The position numbers and the translations under genes are program-made. A stretch of DNA of 64,000 bases from Candidatus Delongbacteria bacterium (GTDB lineage: Bacteria > CAIWAD01): NCBI GenBank assembly GCA_041675285.1, contig JBAYTZ010000009.1, forward strand, positions 10,601-74,600, given 5' to 3'. Under the pieces are notes generated by a model. The model searched no databases, was not told where the DNA came from, and saw nothing but the letters and a program-made list of their open reading frames with translations. Shown here piece by piece: positions 37,020 to 47,115 of the stretch. Each line of letters starts with the position of its first letter. The first letter of the stretch is position 1.

Positions 37020-38756
37020 ATGTCCTATCTGGTCCTGGCGCGCAAGTGGCGCCCGCAGCGCTTTTCCGAGGTGATCGGCCAGCGGCATGTGGTCCGGACT
37101 CTCGAGAACGCGCTGAAAAGCGGCCGCATCGCCCATGCCTACGTGTTCAGCGGGCCGCGCGGCGTGGGCAAGACCTCCATCGCGCGCATCCTGGCCAAGA
37201 GCCTCAACTGCGAGCAGGGCCCTTCGGTGGACCCCTGCGGCACCTGCCGCTCCTGCCAGGACGTCCAGGCGGGCACCCATTTCGACGTGATCGAAATCGA
37301 CGGCGCCAGCAACAATTCGGTCAACGACATCCGTGAACTGCGCACCAACGTCAAGTACGGCCCCGGCGAAGCGCGCTGGAAGGTCTACATCATCGACGAG
37401 GTGCACATGCTCTCCACCAGCGCCTTCAACGCCCTGTTGAAGACCCTGGAGGAGCCGCCGCCCCAGACGGTCTTCATCTTCGCCACCACCGAGCTGCACA
37501 AACTGCCGCTGACCGTGCTCTCGCGCTGCCAGCGCTTCGACTTCAAGCGCCTGACTCCGCTGGAGATCGAGGAGAGTCTGGGCCGCGTCTGCGCCAGCGA
37601 GGGCGTGGCGGTGGAGGCGCGCACCCTGCGGCTGATCGCCCGCCGGGCCGACGGTGGCATGCGCGACGCCCAGTCCATGCTGGATCAGGTGCTGAGCTTC
37701 TCCGACGGCGCCGTCCAGCACGACGAGGTGGTCCAGGCCCTGGGCCTGGTGGGCCAGGAACGGCTGGACCAGCTCCTGAACGCCCTGGTGGAGCGCGACG
37801 CGGCCGCCGCCCTGCGTCTGGCGCGGGATCTGGCCGCCGCCGGCGCCGATCTGGGCGAGTTCCTGCTCCAGCTGGCGGACAGCCTGCGCAGCCTGCTGCT
37901 GCTGCGGCTGGAGCCGGAGTCCGCGGCCGCCGAGCTGCCCGAGGATGTGCTGGAGCGCCTGCGCGCGCTGGCGCCGGCCTTCGCCGAGTCCGACCTGATC
38001 CGCATGCTGACCTATCTGGGCGGCCAGATCGACGCCGTGCGCCGGGGCGGACATCCGCGCCTGCGCTTCGAACTGGCCCTGCTGCGTCTGACCCGGATGG
38101 AGCAGAGCCTGGAGCTGCAGGACCTGCTGCGCGGCCTGGCCGGCCTGCCCGCAGCCAGCCTGGAGAGCCTCGCCCCGGCCGAGGGGCAAAAAAAAAAGCT
38201 GACGCCCGCGCCTGAGGCCCGTTCCGCTCCCGCCCGGCCCGCTCCTGCGCCCGTGTCGGCAGCGCCTCCGGCCGCGCAGGCGGCTCCGCTTCCGGGGCCG
38301 GTTCGCGTTCCCGGCCCGCCTGTTCCTGCACCCGCTCCCCCTGCAGACCCCTCCGCCGCCGAACTCGACCTGGAGCGCGTGCGCCGGCACTGGCCGCAGT
38401 TCCAGCAGGAGGTGGAGAAGCGCTTTCCCCTGCTGCTGGAGGGCTTCCTGCAACTGCTGCCCGTCGCGCTGACGGGGGGCCGGCTGCGGCTCAAGGGCGA
38501 GCTGCGCGCCGGACCGATCCGCGACCGGCTGGAGCAGGCCCGGCCCGAGCTCGAGGAGCTGCTGCGCCAGGTGCTGGGCACCTCTACCGGCCTAAGCCTG
38601 AGCCTGGAGGAGGGCGTGCTCAGCGAGTCCGAGCGCTTCCTCAAGGCGCAGCCCACGCATCTGGACGCGGAGAGCCGCTTCGCCGAACTGCGCCGGGAGG
38701 CGCCGCTGCTGGACGACCTGTTCCAGCGCATGGACGGACGCCTGCTGGACGGCTGA
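37020..38756 (+). CDS. dnaX: DNA polymerase III subunits tau/gamma
   Basis: MSYLVLARKWRPQRFSEVIGQ...GPRGVGKTS (Walker A), Zn module CGTCRSC, IIDEVHML. Start at ATG 37020; the ORF-track extension to 36915 overlaps ffs. Confidence 0.93.
   Translation: MSYLVLARKWRPQRFSEVIGQRHVVRTLENALKSGRIAHAYVFSGPRGVGKTSIARILAKSLNCEQGPSVDPCGTCRSCQDVQAGTHFDVIEIDGASNNSVNDIRELRTNVKYGPGEARWKVYIIDEVHMLSTSAFNALLKTLEEPPPQTVFIFATTELHKLPLTVLSRCQRFDFKRLTPLEIEESLGRVCASEGVAVEARTLRLIARRADGGMRDAQSMLDQVLSFSDGAVQHDEVVQALGLVGQERLDQLLNALVERDAAAALRLARDLAAAGADLGEFLLQLADSLRSLLLLRLEPESAAAELPEDVLERLRALAPAFAESDLIRMLTYLGGQIDAVRRGGHPRLRFELALLRLTRMEQSLELQDLLRGLAGLPAASLESLAPAEGQKKKLTPAPEARSAPARPAPAPVSAAPPAAQAAPLPGPVRVPGPPVPAPAPPADPSAAELDLERVRRHWPQFQQEVEKRFPLLLEGFLQLLPVALTGGRLRLKGELRAGPIRDRLEQARPELEELLRQVLGTSTGLSLSLEEGVLSESERFLKAQPTHLDAESRFAELRREAPLLDDLFQRMDGRLLDG
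38188..38197 (+). promoter_or_regulatory. A10 homopolymer in dnaX: candidate recoding / transcriptional slippage site
   Basis: Reading frame 0: GGG CAA AAA AAA AAG CTG. The -1 frame reads GCT GAC GCC CGC GCC TGA (stop at 38213-15). The +1 frame hits TGA at 38200-02. The run sits at codon ~390 of 578. Confidence 0.5.
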
Positions 38757-38793
38757 GCCCGGGCGTGAACATCAACCAAGGGGGACCTCCCGC

Positions 38794-39105
38794 ATGAAGG
38801 GTGGCCTGGGCGGCCTGATCAAGCAGGCCCAAGTGATGAAGCTGAAGCTCGACCAGCTGAAGGAACGGTTGGCCGGCGAGGACTACTCGGCCAGCGCCGG
38901 CGAAGAGGGCTGCTCCGTGCACGTCACCGTGAGCGGTCGCCAGCAGGTGCGCCGCCTGCAGGTGGACCCGGCGGCCGCGGCGGATCCGGCCCTGCTGGAG
39001 GACCTGCTGCTGACGGCCCTCAACCGCGCCCTGGACGAGAGCCGGGCCAAGGCCGAGCGCGAGATGTCCGCCCTGACCGGCGGCGTGCAGTTCCCGGGGC
39101 TCTGA
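38794..39105 (+). CDS. ybaB: Nucleoid-associated protein YbaB/EbfC
   Basis: 103 aa: MKGGLGGLIKQAQVMKLKLDQLKERL...LTGGVQFPGL. Confidence 0.92.
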   Translation: MKGGLGGLIKQAQVMKLKLDQLKERLAGEDYSASAGEEGCSVHVTVSGRQQVRRLQVDPAAAADPALLEDLLLTALNRALDESRAKAEREMSALTGGVQFPGL

Positions 39106-39704
39106 TGACCGAACTCAGCCCCAGCCTCGAGGCTCTGGTGGCCGAACTGGGCAAACTGCCCGGCATCGGCCGCAAGACCGCCCTGCGCCTGGGCCTGCAC
39201 CTGCTGCTCCAGGCCGGCCGCACGCGCGAGCTGGCCGCGGCCCTGTTGCGGGCGGCCGAGCATTGCCATTTCTGCCGCCAGTGCGGCAACCTGGGTGAAG
39301 AGGAACTCTGCCCGGTGTGCCGCAATCCCGCCCGGGACGCGGGGCTGATCTGCGTGGTGGAGCAGGTGCCCGATCTGTTGGCCATCGAGCGCGTGGGCGA
39401 GTACCGCGGCGTCTATCACGTGCTGGGCGGCGTGCTCTCGCCGCTGGACGGCGTGGGTCCGGAGCAGCTGCGGCTGGCGGAACTGGAGCGCCGCGTGGCG
39501 GGCGGCCCGGTGCGCGAGGTGGTGCTGGCCACCAGCGCCACGGTGGAGGGCGACGCCACGGCCCTCTACCTGCAGCGGCGCCTGCAGGGCGGTGAGCTGC
39601 GCATCAGCCGGCTGGCCCGCGGGTTGCCGTCGGGCGGCAGCCTGGAGTCCGCCGACCAGCTCACGCTGGCCCGGGCCCTGGACGGCCGGGAGCGCCTGAG
39701 CTAG
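39105..39704 (+). CDS. recR: Recombination protein RecR
   Basis: LPGIGRKTALRL (HhH), C4 zinc finger CRQCGNLGEEELCPVC, Toprim region ICVVEQVPDLLAIE. Confidence 0.95.
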   Translation: MTELSPSLEALVAELGKLPGIGRKTALRLGLHLLLQAGRTRELAAALLRAAEHCHFCRQCGNLGEEELCPVCRNPARDAGLICVVEQVPDLLAIERVGEYRGVYHVLGGVLSPLDGVGPEQLRLAELERRVAGGPVREVVLATSATVEGDATALYLQRRLQGGELRISRLARGLPSGGSLESADQLTLARALDGRERLS

Positions 39705-39806
39705 ACCCTGCCTGGGCAGGGGATCCCGGCCGGACCGCGCGCGTCCGCCCCGGGAACGGGACCGGCGCGAGGAAGGGGTGCCCCGGGCGCCCGACGGGGA
39801 GGACCC

Positions 39807-40535
39807 ATGTTCACCATTCCCAACTTCCTCACGCTGCTGCGCTTCATCATGGTGCCGGCCTTCCTGATTCTCTTTTTCAGCGACGTCACCCCCCTGCACC
39901 TGCTGGCCACCGCCATCTTCGTGGCCGCCTCCATCACCGACTGGCTGGACGGCTTCCTGGCCCGCTGGCTGCAGCAGGAGTCCCAGTTCGGGCAGTTCGC
40001 CGACCCCCTGGCGGACAAGCTGCTCTCGGTCAGCCTGTTCTTCGCCCTGCTCATGCGCGGCGACCTGGGACAACAGGTGCCCGTGGTCGTGCCCTGCATC
40101 GTGCTGATCGCGCTGGCCGAGCTGGGCATCCTGCTGCTCTCGGTGGTCAGCCTCTACCGCGGCGTGGACCTACATTTCACCCGGATCGGCAAGTGGAAGA
40201 CCGCCGTGCAGTTCATCACCATCCTGCTGGCCCTGTTCCGGCTCAACGTGATGGAGGTGGAGAACCTCTCGCCGGCCTGGCTCTCCCGACTGATGGGCTG
40301 GGACGGCATCCTGGCCTGGATCGGCACGGGCTTCCTGCTCTCGGCGGCCCTCACGCTCTCGACCTTCCTCATCTACCTGCTGCGCTATCCGCGGCACCGC
40401 GAGGCCCTGCGCGAGGCCCGCCGCCAGGCCCGCCAGCAGGCCCGGGTGCGCCGCGAACTGCGCCGGACCCTGCGGGGTGTGGAGGACGAGGAGGAGCGCC
40501 CGGCGCGCCAACCCAGCCTGAAGGAGCGCCCATGA
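39807..40535 (+). CDS. pgsA: CDP-diacylglycerol--glycerol-3-phosphate 3-phosphatidyltransferase (CDP-alcohol phosphatidyltransferase) with basic C-terminal tail
   Basis: DWLDGFLARW...GQFADPLADKLL matches the CDP-alcohol phosphatidyltransferase motif. Confidence 0.85.
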   Translation: MFTIPNFLTLLRFIMVPAFLILFFSDVTPLHLLATAIFVAASITDWLDGFLARWLQQESQFGQFADPLADKLLSVSLFFALLMRGDLGQQVPVVVPCIVLIALAELGILLLSVVSLYRGVDLHFTRIGKWKTAVQFITILLALFRLNVMEVENLSPAWLSRLMGWDGILAWIGTGFLLSAALTLSTFLIYLLRYPRHREALREARRQARQQARVRRELRRTLRGVEDEEERPARQPSLKERP

Positions 40536-40999
40536 GCGCGCGTCTGTTGCGCCTCTGGGCCCTGGGTCTGGGGCTGGGCCGCCTGCCCGTGGCCCCGGGG
40601 ACCTGGGGCTCGCTGTTGGCCTTTCCGCTCTGGTGGCTCTGCGGCGGTCCGCACATCCCGCTGGCACTGTCCCTTCCGCTCACCGTTCTGCTTCTGCTCA
40701 GCGCCTGGGCGGCCTGCGAGGAGGGCGAACGCGCCTGGGGCCACGATCCCGGCCGCGTGGTGGTGGACGAGGTGGCCGGCCAGTGGCTGACTCTCCTGTT
40801 GGGCCCGCCCGCGCTGCTGGCCGGCTGGCCCGGCTGGCTGGGCGCCTTTCTGCTCTTCCGGCTGTTCGACATCTGGAAGCCGGGTCTGGTGGACAAGGCC
40901 CAGCGTCTGCCCGGCGGGCTGGGCGTGCTGATGGACGACCTGCTGGCCGGTCTGCTGGCCGCAGCCGGCCTCTGGGGCCTGGCCTGGTGGCTCGTGTAG
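40532..40999 (+). CDS. pgpA: Phosphatidylglycerophosphatase A
   Basis: LPVAPGTWGSLLAFPLWW...VVDEVAGQWLTLL...FRLFDIWKP...GVLMDDLLAGL. ATGA overlap with pgsA. Confidence 0.9.
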   Translation: MSARLLRLWALGLGLGRLPVAPGTWGSLLAFPLWWLCGGPHIPLALSLPLTVLLLLSAWAACEEGERAWGHDPGRVVVDEVAGQWLTLLLGPPALLAGWPGWLGAFLLFRLFDIWKPGLVDKAQRLPGGLGVLMDDLLAGLLAAAGLWGLAWWLV

Positions 41000-41138
41000 C
41001 CGGGGGCGATCGGGGAACGCGACGACCGGGCAGCACGGAGCCGCTGGCCACCCGTCCCGACCGGCGAAGTGGACGGAGCGCGCCCCACGGCGCCCGGAAG
41101 GCGACAGGGAGGGAACGCTGAGCGAGACGACGCCGTTC

Positions 41139-42485
41139 GTGCCGGGCATTCGGCTGGTGGCCATCGGCGACGAGCTGCTGGACGGCCACACCCAGGACAC
41201 CAACAGCCGCGAGGTGGCCGCCGCCCTGGAAGAACTGGGCTTGCGACCGCTGGACGTCCACCTGATCCGCGACCACGAGGCGGCCATCCGGGCCGAGGTG
41301 GCGGCCCTGCTGGATCCCGCGGGCGGGCTGGAACTGGTGATCAGTTCGGGCGGGCTGGGCCCCACCCTGGACGACCGCACGCGCCAGGTCCTGGCCGCGG
41401 CCTTCGGCGCCGAATTGGTCTTTGACGAGACGCGCTGGCGCGAGCTGCAGGCCTGGTTCGCCGCTCGCGGCCGCGTGCCCGGGGAGCTGCAGCGCAGCCA
41501 GGCCCTCCACCCCGTCCCCGGCGGCGCGTTGCCCAACGAGGTGGGCACGGCCAACGGCCTGCTCTTCGAACGCGACGACCGGCTCTGGATCGCCCTGCCC
41601 GGGGTGCCCAGCGAGCTGCGCCACCTGCTGGCCTCCGGCGTGCTGCCCCTGCTGGCCCGGCGACTGGGCGCCCGGCCCCGGGGCCGCGTGCTGGCCTTCC
41701 GCAGCCGGCGCCTGCCCGAGGCGGATCTCTCCCAGCGGCTGGAGCCCCTGGCCGAGCTGGAGGCCCTGGGCGAGGTGGGCTTCTATCCCAGTCCGGACGG
41801 CGTGCTGTTGCGGCTGCGCCTGCCGGCCCTGGATCCGCCGGAGCTGGAAGCCCGTGCGGCGGCGGCCCGGCAGCTGGTGCGCGAGCGGCTGGGGGACTGC
41901 CTGCTGGCCGAGAGCGGCGCGCCGGTGGTGGAGCTGGTCTTCGCGGCCCTGTGCCGCAGGTCGGCCACGCTGGCCCTGGCCGAGTCCTGCACGGGGGGCT
42001 GGCTGGCCCGGGAACTGACGGATCTGCCGGGCAGCTCGGAGGTCTTTCCCGGCGGCGTGGTGGCCTATTCCAACGCCGTCAAGAGCGAGCTGCTGGGCGT
42101 GCCCCGGGAGCTGCTGGAGGAGCACGGGGCGGTCTCCGAGGCCTGCGCCGGGGCCCTGGCGCTGGGGGTCCGCCAGCGCCTGCGGGCGCAGTGGGGCCTG
42201 GCGCTGACCGGGATCGCCGGTCCTGCGGGCGGCACGCCGGACAAGCCCGTGGGCACGGTCTGGCTGGGGCTGGCCGGGCCGGAGTGTCTGCTCACGCGCC
42301 GGCTGGACCTGCGCGGCAACCGCGGCCAGATCCGCCAGCGGGCGGCGGGTCAGGCCTGGGCTTGGTTGCTTGAGATCCTGCAGGACACGAAGACCCAGAC
42401 GGGACACGCAGCTCACGAAGCTCACGAAGGGCAGGAAGAGCGGGAAGAGCGGGAAGGACCAACAAAGGATAGAGCCCGGCAGTGA
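41139..42485 (+). CDS. cinA: CinA family protein (MoCF-like N-domain + nicotinamide-nucleotide amidohydrolase PncC domain); 3' end runs into repeat element F
   Basis: LVAIGDELLDGHTQDTNS...; C-domain ESCTGGWLARELTDLPGSSEVFPGGVVAYSN. The last ~33 codons (DTKTQTGHAAHEAHEGQEEREEREG...) are translated repeat arm. GTG start. Confidence 0.88.
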   Translation: MPGIRLVAIGDELLDGHTQDTNSREVAAALEELGLRPLDVHLIRDHEAAIRAEVAALLDPAGGLELVISSGGLGPTLDDRTRQVLAAAFGAELVFDETRWRELQAWFAARGRVPGELQRSQALHPVPGGALPNEVGTANGLLFERDDRLWIALPGVPSELRHLLASGVLPLLARRLGARPRGRVLAFRSRRLPEADLSQRLEPLAELEALGEVGFYPSPDGVLLRLRLPALDPPELEARAAAARQLVRERLGDCLLAESGAPVVELVFAALCRRSATLALAESCTGGWLARELTDLPGSSEVFPGGVVAYSNAVKSELLGVPRELLEEHGAVSEACAGALALGVRQRLRAQWGLALTGIAGPAGGTPDKPVGTVWLGLAGPECLLTRRLDLRGNRGQIRQRAAGQAWAWLLEILQDTKTQTGHAAHEAHEGQEEREEREGPTKDRARQ

Positions 42486-42529
42486 ATCCGTTCATGGGCT
42501 CTTCGTGCTCGTCCCGAGTCTTCGTGTCC
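42383..42529. repeat. Paired inverted octamer-array element F (CACGAAG type)
   Basis: Left end GGACACGAAGAC (42383-94) is a perfect 12/12 inverted copy of the right end GTCTTCGTGTCC (42518-29). Left arm continues ...GCTCACGAAGCTCACGAAGGGCAGGAAGAGCGGGAAGAGCGGGAAGG. Right arm is CTCTTCGTGCTCGTCCCGAGTCTTCGTGTCC. Confidence 0.85.
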
Positions 42530-42630
42530 TACGAATCCAAGCCGGAGCGGCGCGCCATGACCGGTCTTTCCTCTTTGGATTTCTTCGCGTCTTCCCTTGG
42601 GCCCTGCGTGTCGGTTCGGAGGCAAGCGAG

Positions 42631-43215
42631 ATGACCCGCCGGTTGTTCATCGCGCTGGCGCTGCCGGAGGAGATCCGCGCCGAGCTGGGCCGCACGCGCG
42701 ACCAGCTTGCCAGCCGGCGGGATCGAATCAACTGGCTGCCCAGGGAGCAGCTCCACCTGACTCTGCGTTTTCTGGGGGACGTGGAGGAGGCGGAGATCCC
42801 TGCGCTGGACGCGCAATTGGAAGAGCTGGCCGCCCGCCACGCGCCGCTGGAGCTGAAGCTGGGCTTGCCCGGGATCTTTGGGCCGCCCGCCGCGCCGCGC
42901 GTGCTCTGGGTGGGGCTGGCCGGGTGGCTGGAGCCCCTGGAGCGCCTGGTGCGGGAGCTCGAGTCGCGCCTGCGCCGGCTGGGCCGGCCCCCGGCGGAGT
43001 CGGGCTTCAAGCCCCACCTGACCCTGGGGCGTGTGAAGCAGTGTCGGGCGGACCTGGCGGCGGCCCATCTGGCCTTTCCGCCCCTGCCCCTGGCCCTGCG
43101 CCTGGGCCACCTGCAGTTGATCGAGAGCCGGCTGCGGCCGGCTGGAGCCGAGCATCATGTCCTGACCCGGCATATCTTGAGTGGAAACGAACGCGAAGCA
43201 TCGACAGCGGAATAA
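42631..43215 (+). CDS. thpR: RNA 2',3'-cyclic phosphodiesterase (2H phosphoesterase, LigT/ThpR)
   Basis: Two HxTx motifs: HLTLRF and [21 protein letters not shown]-terminus. The upstream part of ORF 42370 is repeat-derived. Confidence 0.88.
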   Translation: MTRRLFIALALPEEIRAELGRTRDQLASRRDRINWLPREQLHLTLRFLGDVEEAEIPALDAQLEELAARHAPLELKLGLPGIFGPPAAPRVLWVGLAGWLEPLERLVRELESRLRRLGRPPAESGFKPHLTLGRVKQCRADLAAAHLAFPPLPLALRLGHLQLIESRLRPAGAEHHVLTRHILSGNEREASTAE

Positions 43216-43223
43216 GAGGACTC

Positions 43224-44243
<1,020 letters not shown>

Positions 44244-44251
44244 GGCGAGGC

Positions 44252-44281
44252 GGGGTCCCGCGCCGGTGCGGGCGGGACCCC
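44252..44281 (+). terminator. GC-rich hairpin after recA
   Basis: GGGGTCCCGC-N10-GCGGGACCCC immediately after the recA stop. No clear T-tract. Confidence 0.45.
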
Positions 44282-44381
44282 GATCACACTGTGGTATTGG
44301 AACGCCCGCTGGGCAGGCCGCGCAACCGCGCGTCCGTCGTGATGGAGGGGAAGTGGGGAGCGCTCCGACCCGCTGCCAGCC

Positions 44382-45029
44382 ATGAGCCTCCTGCTACAGG
44401 CCGCGTTCCTGCTGCCGGCCTGGGGGCTGGGTGGTCTGCCCACCGGGGTCTGGCTTGCCCGCTGGCGCGGCGCGCCGGATCCCACCCAAACGGGCTCGGG
44501 CTCCAGTGGCGCCACCAACGTGGGTCGGCTGCTGGGCTGGCGCTGGGGCCTGCTCACGCTGCTGGTGGACCTGGGCAAGGGGCTGGCCGCCGCCGGACTG
44601 GCGCGCGGGCTGTCGGACTCGTCCGGCCTGGCCGCGGCTTGCGGGCTGGCGGCCGTGCTGGGGCACTGCGCCTCGCCCTGGGCCCGCTTCAAGGGCGGCA
44701 AGGGCGTGGCTACCGGGGCCGGGGCGGCCCTGATCCTGGCGCCGTGGGCCGCGTTGCTGGCCTTGCTGGGCATGGTGCTCGTCCTGCTGGCCAGCCGGCG
44801 GATGGCGCCGGCCTCCCTCGGTGGCGGCCTGCTCTATCCGCTGCTGCAGGGCGTGACCGGCGAGGGCGGCGCAGCCCCGACCGGCTACGCGCTCGGGCTG
44901 GCCCTGTTGCTGCTCTTCACCCATCGCCAGAATCTGGACCGACTGCGCCGCGGCGTGGAACCGACCCTCTGGGGCGCGCCCGCCGGGGATCCGCGCTGGC
45001 GTTCGCGACACGAGGAGCCCGAGCGCTGA
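44382..45029 (+). CDS. plsY: Glycerol-3-phosphate acyltransferase PlsY
   Basis: GSGSSGATNVGR and FKGGKGVATGAG motifs; multi-TM. Confidence 0.9.
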   Translation: MSLLLQAAFLLPAWGLGGLPTGVWLARWRGAPDPTQTGSGSSGATNVGRLLGWRWGLLTLLVDLGKGLAAAGLARGLSDSSGLAAACGLAAVLGHCASPWARFKGGKGVATGAGAALILAPWAALLALLGMVLVLLASRRMAPASLGGGLLYPLLQGVTGEGGAAPTGYALGLALLLLFTHRQNLDRLRRGVEPTLWGAPAGDPRWRSRHEEPER

Positions 45030-45039
45030 AAGGAGATTC

Positions 45040-46086
45040 GTGAACCGCCAGCCAGCACGAAGCCGCGCAACCGCCGCTGCCTCCCCGCGCGTGGCCGTGG
45101 CCGGGATGGGCTCCTGGGGCACGGCCCTGGCCCTGCTCCTGCACCAGCGCGGCTGCCGCGTGCGGGCCTGGGAGTACGACCCGGGCGTGGTGGAACGCTA
45201 CGCCAGGGGCGAACGCGAAGCCGTCTTCCTGCCGGGCATCTTCCTGCCGCCCGCCATTCACGTCCGGCAGGAGCTGGACTGGCTGCTGGAGGACGCCGAC
45301 TGGCTGGTGCTGGCCGTGCCCAGCCACACCCAGCGCGCGCTGCTGGGCCGGCTGGCGCCCCTGCTGCCGCCCGGCCTGCCGCTGGTGAACGTGGCCAAAG
45401 GCATCGAGCAGCGCAGCCTGCTGCGCCTCTCCCAGGTGGTGGCGGAAGTCCTGCCCGGCCACGATCCGGCGGCCTACGTCTGTCTGTCGGGACCCAGCCA
45501 CGCCGAGGAGGTCAGCCGCGACGTGCCCACCGCCGTGGTGGCCGCCGGCGGCTCGGCCGGCCTGCTGGAGGAAGTCCAGCGGCTGTTTTCCAGTTCCACC
45601 TTTCGCGTCTACCGCAACGGCGACCTGACGGGCGTGGAGCTGGGGGGCGCCTTGAAGAACGTCATCGCCCTGGCGGCGGGCATGTGCGACGGGCTGGGCT
45701 TCGGCGACAACACCAAGGCCGCCCTGATGACCCGCGGGATGGTGGAGATGGCCCGGCTGGGCACGGCCCTGGGCGGCCGGCCGGAGACCTTCAGTGGACT
45801 GGCGGGGATCGGCGATCTGATCGTCACCTGCGCCAGCCGCCACAGCCGCAACCGTGCCGTGGGCGAGCAGATCGGCCGGGGTCGCAGCCTGGAACAGGTC
45901 CTGGCCGGAATGGAGATGGTGGCCGAGGGCGTGCGCACCACCGAGGGCGCCCACGAGCTGGCCGGTCGCCTGGGTGTGGCCATGCCTATCACGGCCGCCG
46001 TGCACGCCATCCTCTTTGAAGGGCGCGATCCCCGCGAGGAGGTGGGCCGTCTGATGACCCGCGATCTCAAAGCCGAGGAGGCCTGA
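45040..46086 (+). CDS. gpsA: NAD(P)H-dependent glycerol-3-phosphate dehydrogenase
   Basis: VAVAGMGSWGTALA (Rossmann), NVAKGIE, GALKNVIALAAG. The exact start (GTG 45040 or downstream) is uncertain. Confidence 0.9.
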   Translation: MNRQPARSRATAAASPRVAVAGMGSWGTALALLLHQRGCRVRAWEYDPGVVERYARGEREAVFLPGIFLPPAIHVRQELDWLLEDADWLVLAVPSHTQRALLGRLAPLLPPGLPLVNVAKGIEQRSLLRLSQVVAEVLPGHDPAAYVCLSGPSHAEEVSRDVPTAVVAAGGSAGLLEEVQRLFSSSTFRVYRNGDLTGVELGGALKNVIALAAGMCDGLGFGDNTKAALMTRGMVEMARLGTALGGRPETFSGLAGIGDLIVTCASRHSRNRAVGEQIGRGRSLEQVLAGMEMVAEGVRTTEGAHELAGRLGVAMPITAAVHAILFEGRDPREEVGRLMTRDLKAEEA

Positions 46087-46364
46087 TGCCGCCCCTGATG
46101 CAATCGGAACAGCTGCTCTTCCAGGGGGACGTGCAGGGCGTGGGCTTCCGCTACGCCTTCAGCCGCCTGGCCCGGGAACAGGAGCTGGCAGGCTGGGTGC
46201 GCAACCTGCCCGACGGCTCGGTGGAAGCCGTGCTGCAGGGCGGGCGCGACAAGATCGCCGTGCTGATGCGCAAGGTCATGCTGCTCAGCGGCCGCGTGCG
46301 CATCACCCAGGTGGAGCAGCGCAAGGTCGAGTTGCCGCCCATCACGGGCTTCTCTGTCCGCTGA
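46086..46364 (+). CDS. acyP: Acylphosphatase
   Basis: 92 aa with the VQGVGFRY motif and WVRNLPDGSVEAVLQG. Confidence 0.9.
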   Translation: MPPLMQSEQLLFQGDVQGVGFRYAFSRLAREQELAGWVRNLPDGSVEAVLQGGRDKIAVLMRKVMLLSGRVRITQVEQRKVELPPITGFSVR

Positions 46365-46372
46365 ATCACACT

Positions 46373-46549
46373 CACCACGAAGGGCGGGAAGGGCGGAGAA
46401 GAGCACGAAGCCGCAGAGAGATGCAAGGACTGGGACGGGCCGGGCTGGGGGTGCCAAGGGCTTTCCCAGCCACCCTGTGTCCTGCTGGATCGAGCGGGAT
46501 AGCAGCGAAAAATCTTCGTGAGCTTCGCTGTCCTTCGTGAGCTTCGTGG
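46373..46549. repeat. Paired inverted octamer-array element G (CACGAAG type)
   Basis: Left arm CACCACGAAGGGCGGGAAGGGCGGAGAAGAGCACGAAG (46373-46410). 103-bp core. Right arm CTTCGTGAGCTTCGCTGTCCTTCGTGAGCTTCGTGG (46514-46549). Confidence 0.85.
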
Positions 46550-46581
46550 CGGAGCTTGTGGAATACAACGACGAGGACCAC

Positions 46582-47115
46582 ATGGATCTGGCGAACATCA
46601 TCCGCACCGTGCCGGATTTCCCCAAGCCGGGCATCGGCTTCAAGGACATCACGCCCATCCTGCAACAGCCGGCGGCCTTTGAGTGGTGCCTGCGCCGCCT
46701 GCTGGAGCTCTGCCCGCCCGCCGGTTTCGACGTGGTGCTGGGCATCGAGGCCCGGGGTTTCCTGTTCGGCGCCCCGCTGGCCTTGCGGGCCGGCAAACCC
46801 TTCGTCCCCGCGCGCAAGCCCGGCAAACTGCCCTGGAGGACCGTCAGCCGCAGCTACGAGCTGGAGTACGGGACGGACTCGCTCCAGGTCCACGCCGACG
46901 CCTGCGCGCCCGGCCAGCGCGTGCTGCTGGTGGACGACCTGCTGGCCACCGGCGGGACCCTGCTGGCCGCCGCCGGGCTGGTGCGCGACCTGGGTGGCCA
47001 GCCCGTCGCCGCCGCCTGCGTGCTCAACCTGAGCTTCCTGCCCGGCCGCGCCCGGCTGGAGGCGGCCGGCGTGCCCGTGCACGCCCTGCTGGACGTGGAT
47101 TCGGAAGAGTGCTGA
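46582..47115 (+). CDS. apt: Adenine phosphoribosyltransferase
   Basis: MDLANIIRTVPDFPKPGIGFKDITP...; PRPP motif VLLVDDLLATGGT. Start moved to ATG 46582 because the earlier ORF codons overlap the element G arm. Confidence 0.92.
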   Translation: MDLANIIRTVPDFPKPGIGFKDITPILQQPAAFEWCLRRLLELCPPAGFDVVLGIEARGFLFGAPLALRAGKPFVPARKPGKLPWRTVSRSYELEYGTDSLQVHADACAPGQRVLLVDDLLATGGTLLAAAGLVRDLGGQPVAAACVLNLSFLPGRARLEAAGVPVHALLDVDSEEC

